Shown here in pieces: positions 48,512-61,205 of a stretch of 64,000 bases of DNA (position 1 is its first letter; each line of letters opens with the position of its first letter). Source of the stretch: Malacoraja senta (taxonomy: Eukaryota); NCBI GenBank assembly GCA_038087875.1, contig CM075978.1, forward strand, positions 149,978,001-150,042,000. Reading direction: 5' to 3'. The translations under genes were made by a program, and so were the position numbers. Below the pieces are notes generated by a model that worked only from the letters and a program-made list of their open reading frames with translations, was not told the origin of the DNA and did no database searches.

Positions 48512-49862
48512 CCTTCTTCGTCTTAAGCAGTCCCTACTGACAAGAATGACTTGTTTCCACTCCATCTCTGTTGAAGTTTAGGTTTATTATTGTCACATGT
48601 ACTGACGCTACCGTGAAAAGCTGTGTTTTGTATGCTATCCAGTCTGATAAGATCGGGGCGGCACCGTGGCACAGCGGTAGAGTTGCTGCCTTTAGGGGCT
48701 GTCCCACTTGGGCGACCTAATCCGCGACAGATCGTTGGTGATATTTACACCAAGGAACTTGAAACTCTCAGCCATTTCCACCAGGGCACATTAATGCTGA
48801 TTGGGACCTGTGATCCGCCATGCTCCCTGAAGTTGAAAACTAGCTCGTAGCAGGCCAGGCTATTGTGGGGTTTTGCGTACATTGACAACGATGTTGACAT
48901 TTTTAAGGTGAAGGGGAAAAGATTTAATAGGAATCTGAGCGGTAACTTTTTCACACAAAGGATGGTGGATGTATGGAAAAGGCTGCCAGAGGAGGTAGTT
49001 GAGGTTGGGACTATCCCAACGTTTAAGAAACAGTTAGACAGGTACATGGATAAGACAGGTTTGGAGTGATATGGACCAAACACAGGCAGATGGGACTAGT
49101 GTAGTTGGGACATGTTGCCCGGTGTGGGCAAGTTGGGCTGAAGGGCCTGTTTCCACACTGCATCACTCTGTGACACTCCATGACTCTATGACACAGTTGG
49201 GGCAGTTTGACCGAGCAGTTGGACTGATCCTTGTCAGAATTTTCTCATGTCAGTTTATGTTTGAATGGAAAGTGGAGAGAATTAAACCTTGTGGCAGTAA
49301 TTCACCCTTCCACAACAAGTTAAGGTTTGAAGAAGGGTCCCAACCAGAAACGTCACTTAGTCCGTGTTCTACAGAGATGTTGCCTGATCCGCTGAGTTAC
49401 TCCAGCACTTTGTTTAATATAATGTACCTCGCGCAAAGTTGAGATAATTGCAGAGTTTAGGTTGAACTTTGTTGGAACGAAGCAGGAGGTGAAGTCAGTG
49501 AGACAGGGTGGGAATGGAAAGGAAATTTATAGTGACAGGCAGTTAGAATTCAGGTTCAGACTTTTTGTCCAGAGTGGGGGAACCGAGAACCAGAGGACGT
49601 AGGTTTGTGAAGTAGGAAAAGATTTTATAGGAATCTGAGGGGTAACATTTTCACCAAATGGGTGGTGGGTATATGGAACGAGCTGCTGGAGGATGTATTT
49701 GAGGCAGGGACTATTGCAACATTTTAGAAGAAATCAGACAGGTACAAGGATAGAACAGGTTTGGAGCAAGTGGGACGAGTGTAGATGGAACATATTGGTC
49801 GGTGTGGGCAAGTAGGGCTGAAGAGCCTGTTTCTACACTGTAGGACTCTATGACTCTATGAG
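48512..49862. mobile_element. Fragment pile: RTE-like tail, Rex1 tail and RT, SINE head, MITE TIR (48694-48728), two HER1/CR1 3' ends, Penelope end
   Basis: 'ggggctgtcccacttgggcgac' matches the MITE terminus; 'ccaaggaacttgaaactc' is antisense SFKFLG; KVKGKRFNRNLSGNFFTQRMVDVW is CR1-type. Confidence 0.7.
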
Positions 49863-50151
49863 TTGCTGACTGCATGGATTTGTTCTACAAAACAGTCACC
49901 CAAAACTGCGTTTAGTTTTCCTGATGTTTTCTCCCCGCTTTATCTCACTTTTAAAATCTGAAAATCATAGGACGCTCCTGCGGATCAGACATTAAGTGGT
50001 AATTTAATCTATGGTGTGAATTATTATTCTAGTGGTTTAATACAATTACTGATTCATAACCAGAAAACGGGTGGCATCAGTGGTGCCACAATTGCTGAAT
50101 GAGATGGCTGGCGAGAAAGATAGCGATCGCTGATGCTTTCGTAAATAGGAG

Positions 50152-50243
50152 GTAGACACAAAATGCTGGAGTAACTCAGCAGGACAGACAGCATCTCTGG
50201 AGAGAAGGAATGGGTGACGTTTCGGGTCGAGACCCTTCTTCAG
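50152..50243 (-). mobile_element. Penelope terminal repeat with an intact hammerhead core (50214-50243)
   Basis: Minus strand: t-CTGAAGA-a-GGGT-CTCG-ACCC-GAAA-CG-TC-ac. Confidence 0.8.
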
Positions 50244-51664
50244 AGACCCTATGTCCTAACTAGGTCGGACTTAAGAGACATCCACTCTTCCAGCTGTTCT
50301 GTTTGCTTTGTTTTACACGTATAGAAATCTAGCACGAAGTTCCCAGTGACTGCCCAGAATAAAACTGAGGGAGAGAGTGAAGAGGGGGATCGGGGGTTGG
50401 GAGGGATGAAGCAATGCAACCATTTGAAGGTAAAATTGAGGGGAAGCATTTACATACTTCCATCGCAGTATTAATTTATATTTTGAATTTGACATGATTA
50501 TTTCCATTTGAATCCATCCGCCCAAAGCTTTCAGCCTTGATTTGGTTCAGATCTCACTGGGAAAGAAAAGCATCGCACGATTTCTATTAATCCACAGAAG
50601 CTGTGTCTCTGAGCAGACCTAAAAACATATGGGAGTTCTCTGAAGCAAGGCAATTCGAAGTTCATTTGTTATTTTTAAGGGCTCATTTTTTATGATTTCT
50701 GAAAATGCTTGTTATAAATGTTGTGAGTGTTTCGAAGCAGTTTGTTCTTATATATTTTTCATTTTACAATCCTGGGCCACGCACAAATGCAATGTCCCTC
50801 AGTGACAAAAAGATGAAGTTCTAATGTTCCTGATCTTGTTTTTTGTTGTTGTTTCTGCATCTCTTCCCTATTCTCTTGCTGGCTGGCATATGAAATACAT
50901 TTCAAACACTAAATCAAATACTGTCAACACAATGTTGGCCACAGGGGGCAAAACCATTCAGACTTCCCTACTTTAAAGTCAGGCCTCTAACTTGCATTTG
51001 ACAAGTCCCTGTCCTGGGAGGTAGAAATCTGCTGCAGCTTCCATGGCTTTTGAACAATATGCACACGGGTAATCGAGTGACCACTTCTTTATGACAGCGT
51101 TTCAATATTCAGTAAATTATATGATGTTTTTCTTCCGGCTTCGCAATAGTTATCGATTTCACTAATTCCCAACTGTGCAGCGCACTTTTAGATGTTTTAC
51201 ATCACAAAGAGGAATGTAGGTGATTTTTTTTCCCTTTTGGAGCGGAAATATATTTCTGAAATGATTGTCACCATTTATTATTAAGGAGGAGGACCAAAGT
51301 GGATTATGAGCATTGATCTTGTCTTTATTAATTGTGTTGCTTTAGTGTGATGGAGTGTTAAGTGTCTTGGAAGGCATTTAATATGGCTTTTCATAAAAGG
51401 AAGTTGATCTGTGTTGACCCCATCAGTTTTTGAACCCGAATGGTGTTATATTTAGTTTCATGTTAAAAGCTTTTTTCAAAAAATTAAAAATCGCAAGCAA
51501 TTTGATTCAAAATGCTTGTGATGGCTTACTTACAGACCAAAGAATAAATCCATTGTATGGAGCAACACTGAAGTATGCAGATCAAGTATCTGATCTGCAT
51601 TTATACATATCACAAAAGCAAAATGCAATGGAACTGGAAAGAAAGTCATTCAGTTGCCTACCTG

Positions 51665-51965
51665 AGAGTCATACAGCATGGAAACACCCATTCAGCCCAA
51701 CTTGCCCATGCTGATGATCAACATGCTCCATCTACACTAGCACCACATGCCTGCATTTGGCCCATATCCCTCAAAACCTATCCTATCCATGTACCTGTCG
51801 AAATGTTTCTTAAACATTTTGATAATACCTGCCTCAACTACCCCCTCCTGCAGCTCGTTCCATTTCCATACTACCCGTTGTGTAGAAAAGTTGCCCTTCA
51901 GGTTCCTATTGCATCGTTCTCCCCTCACCTTAAACCTTTGTCCTCTGGTTCTCGATTCCCCTACT
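51665..51965 (-). mobile_element. HER1/CR1-type LINE 3' end
   Basis: ESRTRGQRFKVRGE...FSTQRVVWKWNEL...FKKHFDRYMD. Confidence 0.85.
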
Positions 51966-52284
51966 GAGGCATTCCCATTTGTCCAAACTTGGCTATTTCC
52001 CTCCAAAACATTCCTGCCCATATATCTGTTTCATATACCTACCACCCTCCTCTTTAAATCATTCCTCTCTCACAAACCCGGTGCCTTCTCCTTTAATACT
52101 CCCCTACCATTGGGAAAAGTCCTAGACCCAGTTTTAGACCCCAATCTGAAACTGAAACACATTCTCATCTGATTACCTTTGGTGCAAGATTTGAATACAG
52201 AGAATCTGAAATAATAACAGAAAATTCTGGAAATACTTAAAATGGCAACCAGCAACTGTGGAGAGAAACAGTTAGTGCTTCAGA

Positions 52285-52595
52285 GAGTGCTGGAGGTCAG
52301 GCAGTATTTCTGGAAAACATGGATAGACGTGACTGGGCGTGGGGGGACCGCCGTGGGGGGGGGGGGGGAGGGGGGAGGAGTAGATCAATGGAGTACCCTG
52401 CGTGGGGGGACTGCCGTGAGAGGGGGGGGGGGGAGAGAACAAAGGAGGAGCCGACGTACTTTGTAACTTTGTCAGCGCCATAGGCAGCCGCTATTTGCAT
52501 ACCTTGGGTATGCAAGCAAAGAATTTCACTGTGCCTTGTCACATGTGACAATAAAGTATAGGAAACGTTTCGCATCGGAACCCTTCTCAGACTGA
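52285..52595. mobile_element. Penelope end interrupted by a G-rich retroposon with a Rex1-type tail (~52332-52559)
   Basis: The host breaks at 'tggatagacgt' and resumes at 'acgtttcgcatcggaacccttctcagactga'. The insert ends 'gtgacaataaagtat'. Confidence 0.6.
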
Positions 52596-52735
52596 CTGCT
52601 TTGGATTGCTGACCTTTAATCAGAATTGGGAAAAGTTAGCAATCAAAAAAGTTTGAGGTTGTGGAGAAAGACGATGGTAGAAAGGTGAGGGTGGAAATTA
52701 CAATTCTGGATATTACAATTGACTTCTCCATTCAT

Positions 52736-53090
52736 TTTTTTTTTTTAATTTTTATTTATTAGAAGTACATTACATTACAACCAATTACATTAGTACTCAT
52801 CACGTATATCTTATTACAATTAATGTACTCCGTCATTTTTTACACTGATAAAAAGGAAAGGTTGAGATTAAGAAAAAAGAGAAAGTGAAGGAAAATAGTG
52901 AAGGTGTAAAAACGTGACAACAAGAAAGAACAGAGACCCTGTAGAAAAGAAATTAAAAAGAAAGGATTAAGAGATAGACCCTAAAGAAGAAGAAAAAGAG
53001 AAAGAGGAAAAAAGAGAAAAACAAATACTTTAAGCATCACGCAAATGGGATATACCAACTTTGCCATTCTGACATGAGCCCGTTCTGTTT
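52736..53090 (-). mobile_element. Probable L1-type 3' UTR with poly(A)
   Basis: T-run plus TTTATT (antisense AATAAA), followed by a purine-rich tract. Confidence 0.45.
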
Positions 53091-53896
53091 TTACTTGAGA
53101 TATACTTCTGAGGCAATGTAATAGACTGATGCAAGCCTCAAACCACGCTCTACTTTACCTCATTTGGACTTTGTACTATCTTACATTTTGTTAGAAAATC
53201 AAGCCAAATGTTTACATTTGTGCTCTATTAATTCAATTGCTTCAAAATTATTATCCTTTCACACTATGTGGCTTTGATATTGCCTTCAGCTGTTGCTAAG
53301 GATATTTCAACTCCATATCCAAAAATCCTGCATTGTCCTTTATACAGAGCAGAAAGGAATGCTGACAAAACCTCTAACACTACAACAAAAGATTTGCACC
53401 TTACTATCGAACCAGAAAGTGTATGGATTTGCTCGTGAAGTAAATATGTCTGGATAAAAATAGTAAGTTATTTGAATGGATGATATTTATTGATTTTTTT
53501 TCATAATTCGCAATTACGATTCAGCAAAGAAACAAGTAGCACTTATTGTAAGTGACCTTGGATGGGATGGGTCAGACGGGATGTGGAGAAGACAGGGGGT
53601 TTGCTCATATTATTTGCAGGCAAATTTTTCCTCATTGAACCGACGCTTTACACTTAACCTAATATAACATTTCTGACTTTGTGTATCATCGATGTAAATT
53701 GCTTGAGATATCATGTGTCTAAAACTATAACTATCCAGAGAGCTGGTGCCACCGTTTGGTCCCTGTGGACGTGAATTAGATAAAACGGATTCATTTATAG
53801 CACTTTCGCTCAACAGGCCAGGTCTACAAAAGAAATGTTTGCATGAACTGGACGTCCCAAAGAAACAGTCACTAACGTCAGAAACACAATAGCCAA

Positions 53897-54180
53897 GGGA
53901 CGCACAGTGGCGCAGTGATAGAGTTGCTGCCTCACAGCGCCAGAGACCCGGGTTTGATCCTGACTATGGCTGCTCTTTGTATGGAGTTTGTACGTTCTCC
54001 CTGTGACCAGGTGCTCCTTTTTGCTCCCACTCTACACAGAGTGTTGGTTAATTGGCTTCTGTTAATTGTAAATTGTTCCTAGTGTGTAAGATAGTGCTAG
54101 TGTACGAGGTTATCGCTGGTCGACGCGGGCTCGGTGGGCCGAAGGGCCTGTTTGCACACTGTGTCTGTGAAGTCTAAAGT
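53897..54180 (+). mobile_element. HE1-like V-SINE
   Basis: Head, core and tail motifs. Confidence 0.85.
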
Positions 54181-54458
54181 TGCACACCGTAAACGCCCAC
54201 AAAGAGTCACTGTAATAATATCTAGATGACCCATTGCTTGGGGATGTGAGTGGTAAATAGTGTAAGTGGTAAATGTTGCTGGAGTTATAGTGCAAAGATT
54301 CCTCTGAACCTGTATGAAATAGATTGAAACCTCAGGAATCTGCTTCTGGTCTCAATCCAGTGACTCCAGTTAGTTGAGCTGCAGATCAGGCTTATTGTGG
54401 TGCCCACAGTCATTCACCCATTGTCATCTACCCACATGAGCTGCATGCCTTTTTATCT

Positions 54459-54689
54459 TAAAACAAAGAACACAAAGTGCTGAAGTTACTCATCGAGTCA
54501 GACAGCATCTCAGGAGAACATGGAAGGTGATGCTTTGGGTCGAGACCCTTCTTCAGACTGAAGAAGGATCCCGACCTGAAACACCACATATCCATGTTCT
54601 CCAGAGATGCCGCCTGACCCAGCTGAGTTACTCCAGCACTTTGTATCCTTTTTTTAAATCAGCATCTGCAGTTCCTTGTTTCTACATTC
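54459..54689. mobile_element. Penelope-like fold-back insertion pivoting at the hammerhead core
   Basis: Centre CTTCTTCAG-A(54557)-CTGAAGAAG. Perfect 13-bp TSD TGCCTTTTTATCT at 54446-54458 and 54690-54702. Confidence 0.88.
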
Positions 54690-55329
54690 TGCCTTTTTAT
54701 CTGCTCTGATGCATCTATATTAAATTCCATGAATACTGCACCCATTGTGTTTCCACCATATATAGATGAACAGTGAGGAATATTATGGATTGCTATCTTT
54801 GATTTGAGAACTTCTTTCTCCTTTTGCTGTTGAAGGGTTTTGATCCAGGGAAAACACTGTAGTTTTGTGCTTTGCGTGATTTAAATTGTCCATCAGTATC
54901 TCTGATGCTGTGAAAATACACAAAGTGTGGGATCCAAAATATCTGTTAAACAAAAAATTCCCTTTGAGTGAAATCTGTTCAAATGGAGAAAGTGAGTTTT
55001 GGAAGTCAATTGAAATAAATGATGGGTCTCTTTTTGTAAAACATTTATTTAGCAGGCATTTCTGGCATACCAACTATTCAATAATAATTTTGAGCCCAGA
55101 GTCAAAGAATTTTGCAGTTAAACAGTGGCATGTGTGTGTAAAATCTATATAGCTATCACCTCTCTGTGCATGATCATTTTGACAAGAACCAGCAGGCTTA
55201 TAGCGCCTGTACTACAGTTAATCGACCCAAAGCCACTTCATTGCAGTGTTGTCAATTTGACACTGAGCCACATGGGGTGTTACAATATTGACCACAAGTT
55301 TGAACAAGGAGGCCAGAAGGCATGTCCAA

Positions 55330-55780
55330 TAGGCCGGGGTCTATAGCGGCAATCCGCTGAGCCGGCCCGTGTTCGTCCCCCGAGGATCGGAGAGAGAGTG
55401 GAGGGAGCCAGAGACGGTGGAGCAAAGAGCAAGGGCCGGTAAGAGAGTGAACCCGGATCTTACTTTCCACGCCCTCAAGGTCGGCTTTGGGAGGCCGGGT
55501 GAGGAAAGGGATGATGGTTCGCTGGACGATCAGGAGGGAGGTGACAGCTGGAGGCCCTGCAGCAGCCTGGGGCTCGCCTGGATTCGTCGCCGCTCCTGAA
55601 GATGGGGAGCACGGACCGGACTGGATTTTAAAATGGCGCCAAAACATGGCGACTTGCATGCAGTCTCAGTGGACTACTTGTATTAATCAGGGACTGTGCT
55701 TGGGTATGGCAATACTTTACAGAACTGTATGCCAAAAAAATGTCACTGAACGTTTGTGATAATGATGAACCATTGAATGT
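55330..55780 (+). mobile_element. GC-rich retroposon with a Rex1-like tail
   Basis: Abrupt GC/CpG-rich block ending 'aaaatgtcactg...gtgataat...ccattgaa', similar to other Rex1-type tails. Confidence 0.45.
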
Positions 55781-56171
55781 TTTATGGTTTGTCTTGGAGG
55801 GACGATAGGTGGAGAGATGAGAGATGTTTGGAGGCAATTTAAGCACTGATATGTATTTCATATTTGCAGTATATATAAACCAATCTCCTGCCAGAGAACA
55901 AATGATACTCACAAATTTGATTGACGATGAGCTATTAAGACATGTCTGAGAACACTAGAGGCAGCAAAGCCTGTGGCACCAGGTGCCATCTTGTCTTAAA
56001 ATGAACAAATGTTTAATATACTGTAGATGCATCGGAGCAGAACTAACCACAAGCAGCAACAATTGTATCTAGATGAAAATTCCAAACTGGCAAGATACAT
56101 ATTAGGATCGTAATGTCCACTTGCCTGGATGAGCAATGCTGTAACATTCAGTGAGATTGACACCTATGTCC

Positions 56172-56990
56172 ACTGTCATAGAGTCTTACAGCGTGGAAAC
56201 AAGCTCTTCGGCCCAACTTGCCCACACCGGCTAACATGTCCCATCTACACTAGTCCTACTTACCTGCGTTTAGCCCATATCCATCTAAATCCATCCTATC
56301 CTTTCCAAAATGTTTCTCAAACATTGCAATAGTACTTGCTTCAACTACCTCCTCCGCAGCTCATTCCATACACCTAGCATCCTTGGTGTAAAAAATGTAC
56401 CCCTCAAGTTCCTCTTAAATCTTTCCCCCCCTCACCTTAAACCCATCTCCTCTGGTTCTCGATTCACCTACACTGGGCAATTGACTGTGTTTACCTCATC
56501 TATTCCTCTCATGATGTTGCACACTATAAGATCACCCCTCATCCTCCTGCATTACAAGGAATAGAGTTCCAGCCTGCTCAACCTCTCCCTGTTCACAGGG
56601 AGCTCAGGTTCTCGACTCCTGACAACTTCCTTCTTATAGCAAGGTGACCAAAACTGAACACAATACCCCAAATGTGGCCCCACCAACGTCTTGTACAACT
56701 GTACAAAAAAACTACAAAGAAACTGTACAAAAATGGTCCCTTTTTATACTTTATACCCTGACTGTTGAAGGCCAATGTACCAAATGCCTTCTTTACCACC
56801 CTATCTACCTGTGAAGCCATGTTTAGGGAACATACCTGTACTCCTAGATCCCTCTGCTCTACAGTGCTCCGCAGAGCCCTACCGTTCACTGTGAAGGTCC
56901 TGCCTTGGTTTGACTTCCAAAAATGTAACACCTTGCATTTATCTACATTAATCACCCTTATCCGTTGCTCAGCCCACTTGCCCAGCTGTC
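56172..56990 (-). mobile_element. HER1/CR1-type LINE, 5'-truncated
   Basis: KWAEQ...NVDKCKVLHF...EQRDLGVQV...QVDRVVKKAFGTLAF, plus the 3' tail. Confidence 0.9.
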
Positions 56991-58210
56991 CCGACATGAA
57001 ACATCACCTATCCATGTTCTCCAGAGATGCTGCCTGCCTACTGAGTTACTTCAGCACTATGTGTCTTTTTTCAGGAGAAAGTATTGGTCCGCAACTTTCC
57101 ACTGCATGACAATTAACTAATAATCTGCCTCACATACTCTCAGTTTTAGTTTAATAGAAACCTGAGAGGTAACTTTTTCACACAAAGGGTGGTGGAATGA
57201 GCTGCTGGAGGAGGTAGTTGAAGCAAGTACTATCGCAATGTTTAAGAAACATTTAGACAGGTACGTTGATAGGACTGGTTTAGAGCGATATGGGCCCAAC
57301 ACAGGCAGGTGGGACGAGTGTAGATGGCCGGCGTGGCAGTTTGGGCCGGAGGGCCTGTTTCCACACTGTGTGACTCTATGATTCCAAGTAATGCAGGTAT
57401 GGGATTGAATCTAACAACCGTCGTGAGCAAACACATTTCCCTGGAGCATCCTTACCCTTCCACAACAAGTTTAGGTTGAACCAGTGACTTGCATTCACTC
57501 CTCATGACACCTGTATCCCAGTGAGTGTGCAGCTATTCTAAACACAGCCAGTGTGCACGTGCGAACGTATGTGGTCAGTCCTGAAACATTTACAGTTGAA
57601 AGTACCTTCAGTTCTCTAATATTACAATAAATTCCTGTAGTTTGCGTGTCAAATTCATTCTTCCGCAGCCTCCAGTTTCAAGCTACTGTTTTTATTAAGG
57701 AATAACACATCAACAAGATAAGAATGACAGCAAATAACAATGTTGCAACTCAGCAATTTCTCTTATTTGATAACCTTTTGACCGCCAGCCACTTCAAGAT
57801 AAATCCATGTTAACGGACTTAGGCAAAACACTTGGGTGAATTTACAAATCTGCACAGAAACACACGTTGGCATCATGGGGCCACACCGTGCATTAGTCGA
57901 GCCTTTTGTTTCGCTGACAGCTTGGCAGAAGCAAAGCTTTACACGATCTCCACATTGTCATGTCAGACCTCAAAATGTTCACATTTTCTCAGCTGAAGTG
58001 TTTGACTGTTGGCCCGGAGCCAAGATCTGCAAAGCTTGTTGTAAAGCAAAAGCTTTCTGCCAAAGAATGTGAACATCATCGCTTCCACTATCCATGACAG
58101 GAACGTTGTGGTGTGCAACAACTCTACGGGGCTGAGTTTAAAGTAGTTCATTTTCAGATTAGTACACATTGTACACATGTGTGCAAAGATTCAAATAGCC
58201 ATTAAAGATT

Positions 58211-58504
58211 ACGCAATATGCTGGTGTAACTCAGCGGATCAGGCAGCATCTGTGGAGAACGTGGATAGGTGACGTTTCGGATCGGGACCCTTCTCGGGAT
58301 CCTTTAACTTGCCATATTTGTCCCAACCCCTCACCTCTTTTCCAGGTGTCTCCCCCACTACTGCAATCAGTCTGAAGAAAGGTCCCGACCCAAAACGTCA
58401 CCTATCCATGTTCTGCAGAGATGCTGCCTGACCCACTGAGTTACTCCAACACTTTGTGTCTTCTTTTATTTACTAACATCTGCAGTTCCCTCTTTCTTCA
58501 TTCA
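58211..58504. mobile_element. Penelope-like fold-back insertion
   Basis: Inverted arms. Degenerate TSD AGCCATTAAAGATT / AGCCTTCAAAGATT. Confidence 0.75.
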
Positions 58505-59865
58505 GCCTTCAAAGATTCTTTTTTTAAATTTACGAAAATGTTCCAGGTAAAATCCTTCTGTAGCTGATCTGCTACTGCTTCATAAGTCCAGGAACCTGGT
58601 TCAATCCCGACTATGGGCGCTGTCTGTGTGGAGTTTGCATGTTCTTTCAAAGAGCAGGTGCATTTTCTCCAAGTGTTTCAATTTCCGCCCACATCCTGAA
58701 GATATGTGGGGTGGAGGTTAGGTTGATGGGAATGTGGGGAAAATAAATAATGGGATTACTATAAATCTTTGCTTTATGGTCAGTGTTCGAAGGGCTTGTT
58801 TGGGTCGAATGGCTTGTTTGGGTCGAATGGGTCGAAGGGCTTGTTTCCATGCTGTAGCACTTTACAACACTGAGAAGAAACTATTTTAAAAAGTAAAATC
58901 CATACTCAGTGGCAGGATTAAAAAACTGGATGCTGGACAGGAAGGAAGGAGGGTAGTACGGAGCAGAGTAATCTAACAGAAAGAAAAAAGCAAAGTAGGT
59001 TCTTTCAGAGGGATTTAACTTGTAAATGTAAATTCTATAATCTTTCGAAACAAGGAACTGCAGATGTTGATTTACAAGAAAAAAAACAAAATGCGAGGGT
59101 AACTCAGCGGGACAGGCAGCATCTCTGAAGAGAAGGAATGGGTGGTGTTTCGGTTTGAGTCCCTTCTATAATTACTTTGCTTGAATTAAAGGAACTCGAA
59201 AAATAAAACCAAATGCTGGAAATCTGAAATAAGAACAGAAAATGCTGGAAAAACTAAACTTTCTTAAAAAAAACCTCCTCTGGCCAAATAACTGTACAAC
59301 ATGATGTGTTTACTTGATGTGCAATTATAATAACAGCCGAAATGCCAATTTTTATCAAATAACCTAAAAAGTCAGTTTTCAAAAATATATGTATTCCTTT
59401 AATACACTGTACATACTTTGCCCGGACCAAAAATATTCATTTAAATTACTTGAGAATTTTAATTTCTAATCACTTGAGTGAAATGCTCACTTATCAGACA
59501 ACCGTTTAAATAGAGTTGAGTGCAATTCAAGTTTGACATCAATTGCTCTCAGTGCAGGTGGCAAATGCATTTGCAGGATATTTTAATAACATCCAATTGG
59601 AAAGTTTTATCACACAGAATTTGTTACAATATGGAAATACCATGTTTTTAATTACTGCAGTAAAACCTTGATCTGCCCAGAAATATTGACGTGTCAGCTC
59701 AGTATTTAAATACCTCATGTAAATTATAGGAGCAGATGAAGAAAAATGAGAAAAGAGAGATTCACTGATTTCTGGAAACTCATTACTACATTGCTTGTAA
59801 AACTCAGCTTATAAAGGAGGCATCATCTGATTTTCAGGATAAAATAGCAAACCTTTTCAGCCTGT

Positions 59866-60445
59866 ATGTAGAAACAAGGGGAACGGCAGATGTTTTTTTT
59901 TTTAAAGACACAAAATACTGGAATAACTCAGCAGGTCAGGTGGCATCTCTGGAGGGCATGACTAGGTGATATTTCGGGTCGGGACCCTTCTTCAGACTGA
60001 TTGTAGTGCCTGAGAGAAAGCCGGAGGAGAGGTTGGGGCAGGAAAAAGCCAGGCAAGTGATGGGTGGATTTAAAAAAAAAGGCTGTGAGATAAGGAGAGA
60101 AGAAGTGTGAAATGTGAAACCAGGGGATGGGATGTCGGTGGTTGGACTTCACATTTCATGCCTCTTCTCTCCTTGTTGCACAGCCTTTTGTCTTCTCTTC
60201 ATCTCTGGCCTTTGTCCACCCAACTGCCGATCAAAATTCCCCCTCACCTGCATCCATCTATTCTTTGCAATACTTTGTCCACACCTCTCTTCCAGCTTCC
60301 CTCCCCCCTGCCCACTACAACTGCAATCAGTCTGAGGAAGGGTCCCAAGCTGAAACGTGTCTGCTGTTGCCTGAGATGCTGCCTAAGATGCTGCCTGACC
60401 AGTTGTGTTACTCTAGCTCTGTTGTTTATTTTGGAGAAAATTATG
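59866..60445. mobile_element. Penelope-like fold-back insertion including 3' UTR in both arms
   Basis: Antisense arm with 'tttcgggtcgggacccttcttcagactga' and sense arm with 'cagtctgaggaagggtccc'. CAGCCTGT flanks both sides. Confidence 0.75.
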
Positions 60446-60489
60446 CAGCCTGTTGGATGTGTTTAGCAAAAATGGCATGGGAATCAGGA

Positions 60490-60790
60490 GAAGCTTGGAC
60501 ATTAGGCAATGAGTGGATGATGGAGAGACTGGTGGGCAAGGGGAAGTCATTACCATCTGCTTTATGATCAATGCTTCGTGGTGCACTGATGTGATGCTCT
60601 TAGTTCCCTTAACCTGGAATCCCTGATCATAAAATGGCCTTGGGAGTGTCGATCTATGCACCAGCTCAAGCCAATGCCAAGATAGCTTTGGATGAATTCT
60701 ACTTGGTCGACAACTCTCTTGAGACAGCACGCCCTGATTCATTATCACAATCAAGTAAACCTCACAACAACTGCCCAATAGCTAACATTG
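60490..60790 (+). mobile_element. Rex1-type APE endonuclease fragment
   Basis: INASWCTDV and VSIYAPAQANAKIALDEF. Confidence 0.6.
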
Positions 60791-60800
60791 ACTATAATGA

Positions 60801-61205
60801 ATATAGACACAAGACGCTGGAGTAACTCAGAAGGTCAGGCAGCATCTCTGGAGAAACGGAATAGGTGACGTTTTGGGTCAAGACCCTTCTTCAGAGTGAG
60901 AGTCAGGGGAGAGGGAAATGAGAGGAGTAAAAAGGTACAGAACAAATCAGAGCTAACACCGATGACCCAGGAAAGGTGGAGCCCATAATGGTCCATTGTT
61001 GGCTGTGGAAGATTTGATAATTAAGGGATATGAACAGTGCAACTTGCAGGATAACTAGGATGGGAGAGGGACAGAGAGAGGAGGAATGCGTTGCTTGAAA
61101 TCCTATTCCTTTCTCCAGAGATGCTGCCTGACCCGCTGAGTTACTCCAGCATTTTGTGTCTATCTCAGTGTAAACCAGCATCTGTAGTTCCTTCCTACAT
61201 ACTCT
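60801..61205. mobile_element. Penelope-like fold-back insertion
   Basis: Inverted arms. 14-bp TSD ATTGACTATAATGA (60787-60800) / ATTGACTGTAATGA (61206-61219). Confidence 0.85.

Noticed and set aside
54783-55152. Overlapping 88-aa and 96-aa ORFs in unique DNA
   Set aside because: Non-ATG starts, no recognisable motif and no convincing splice signals.
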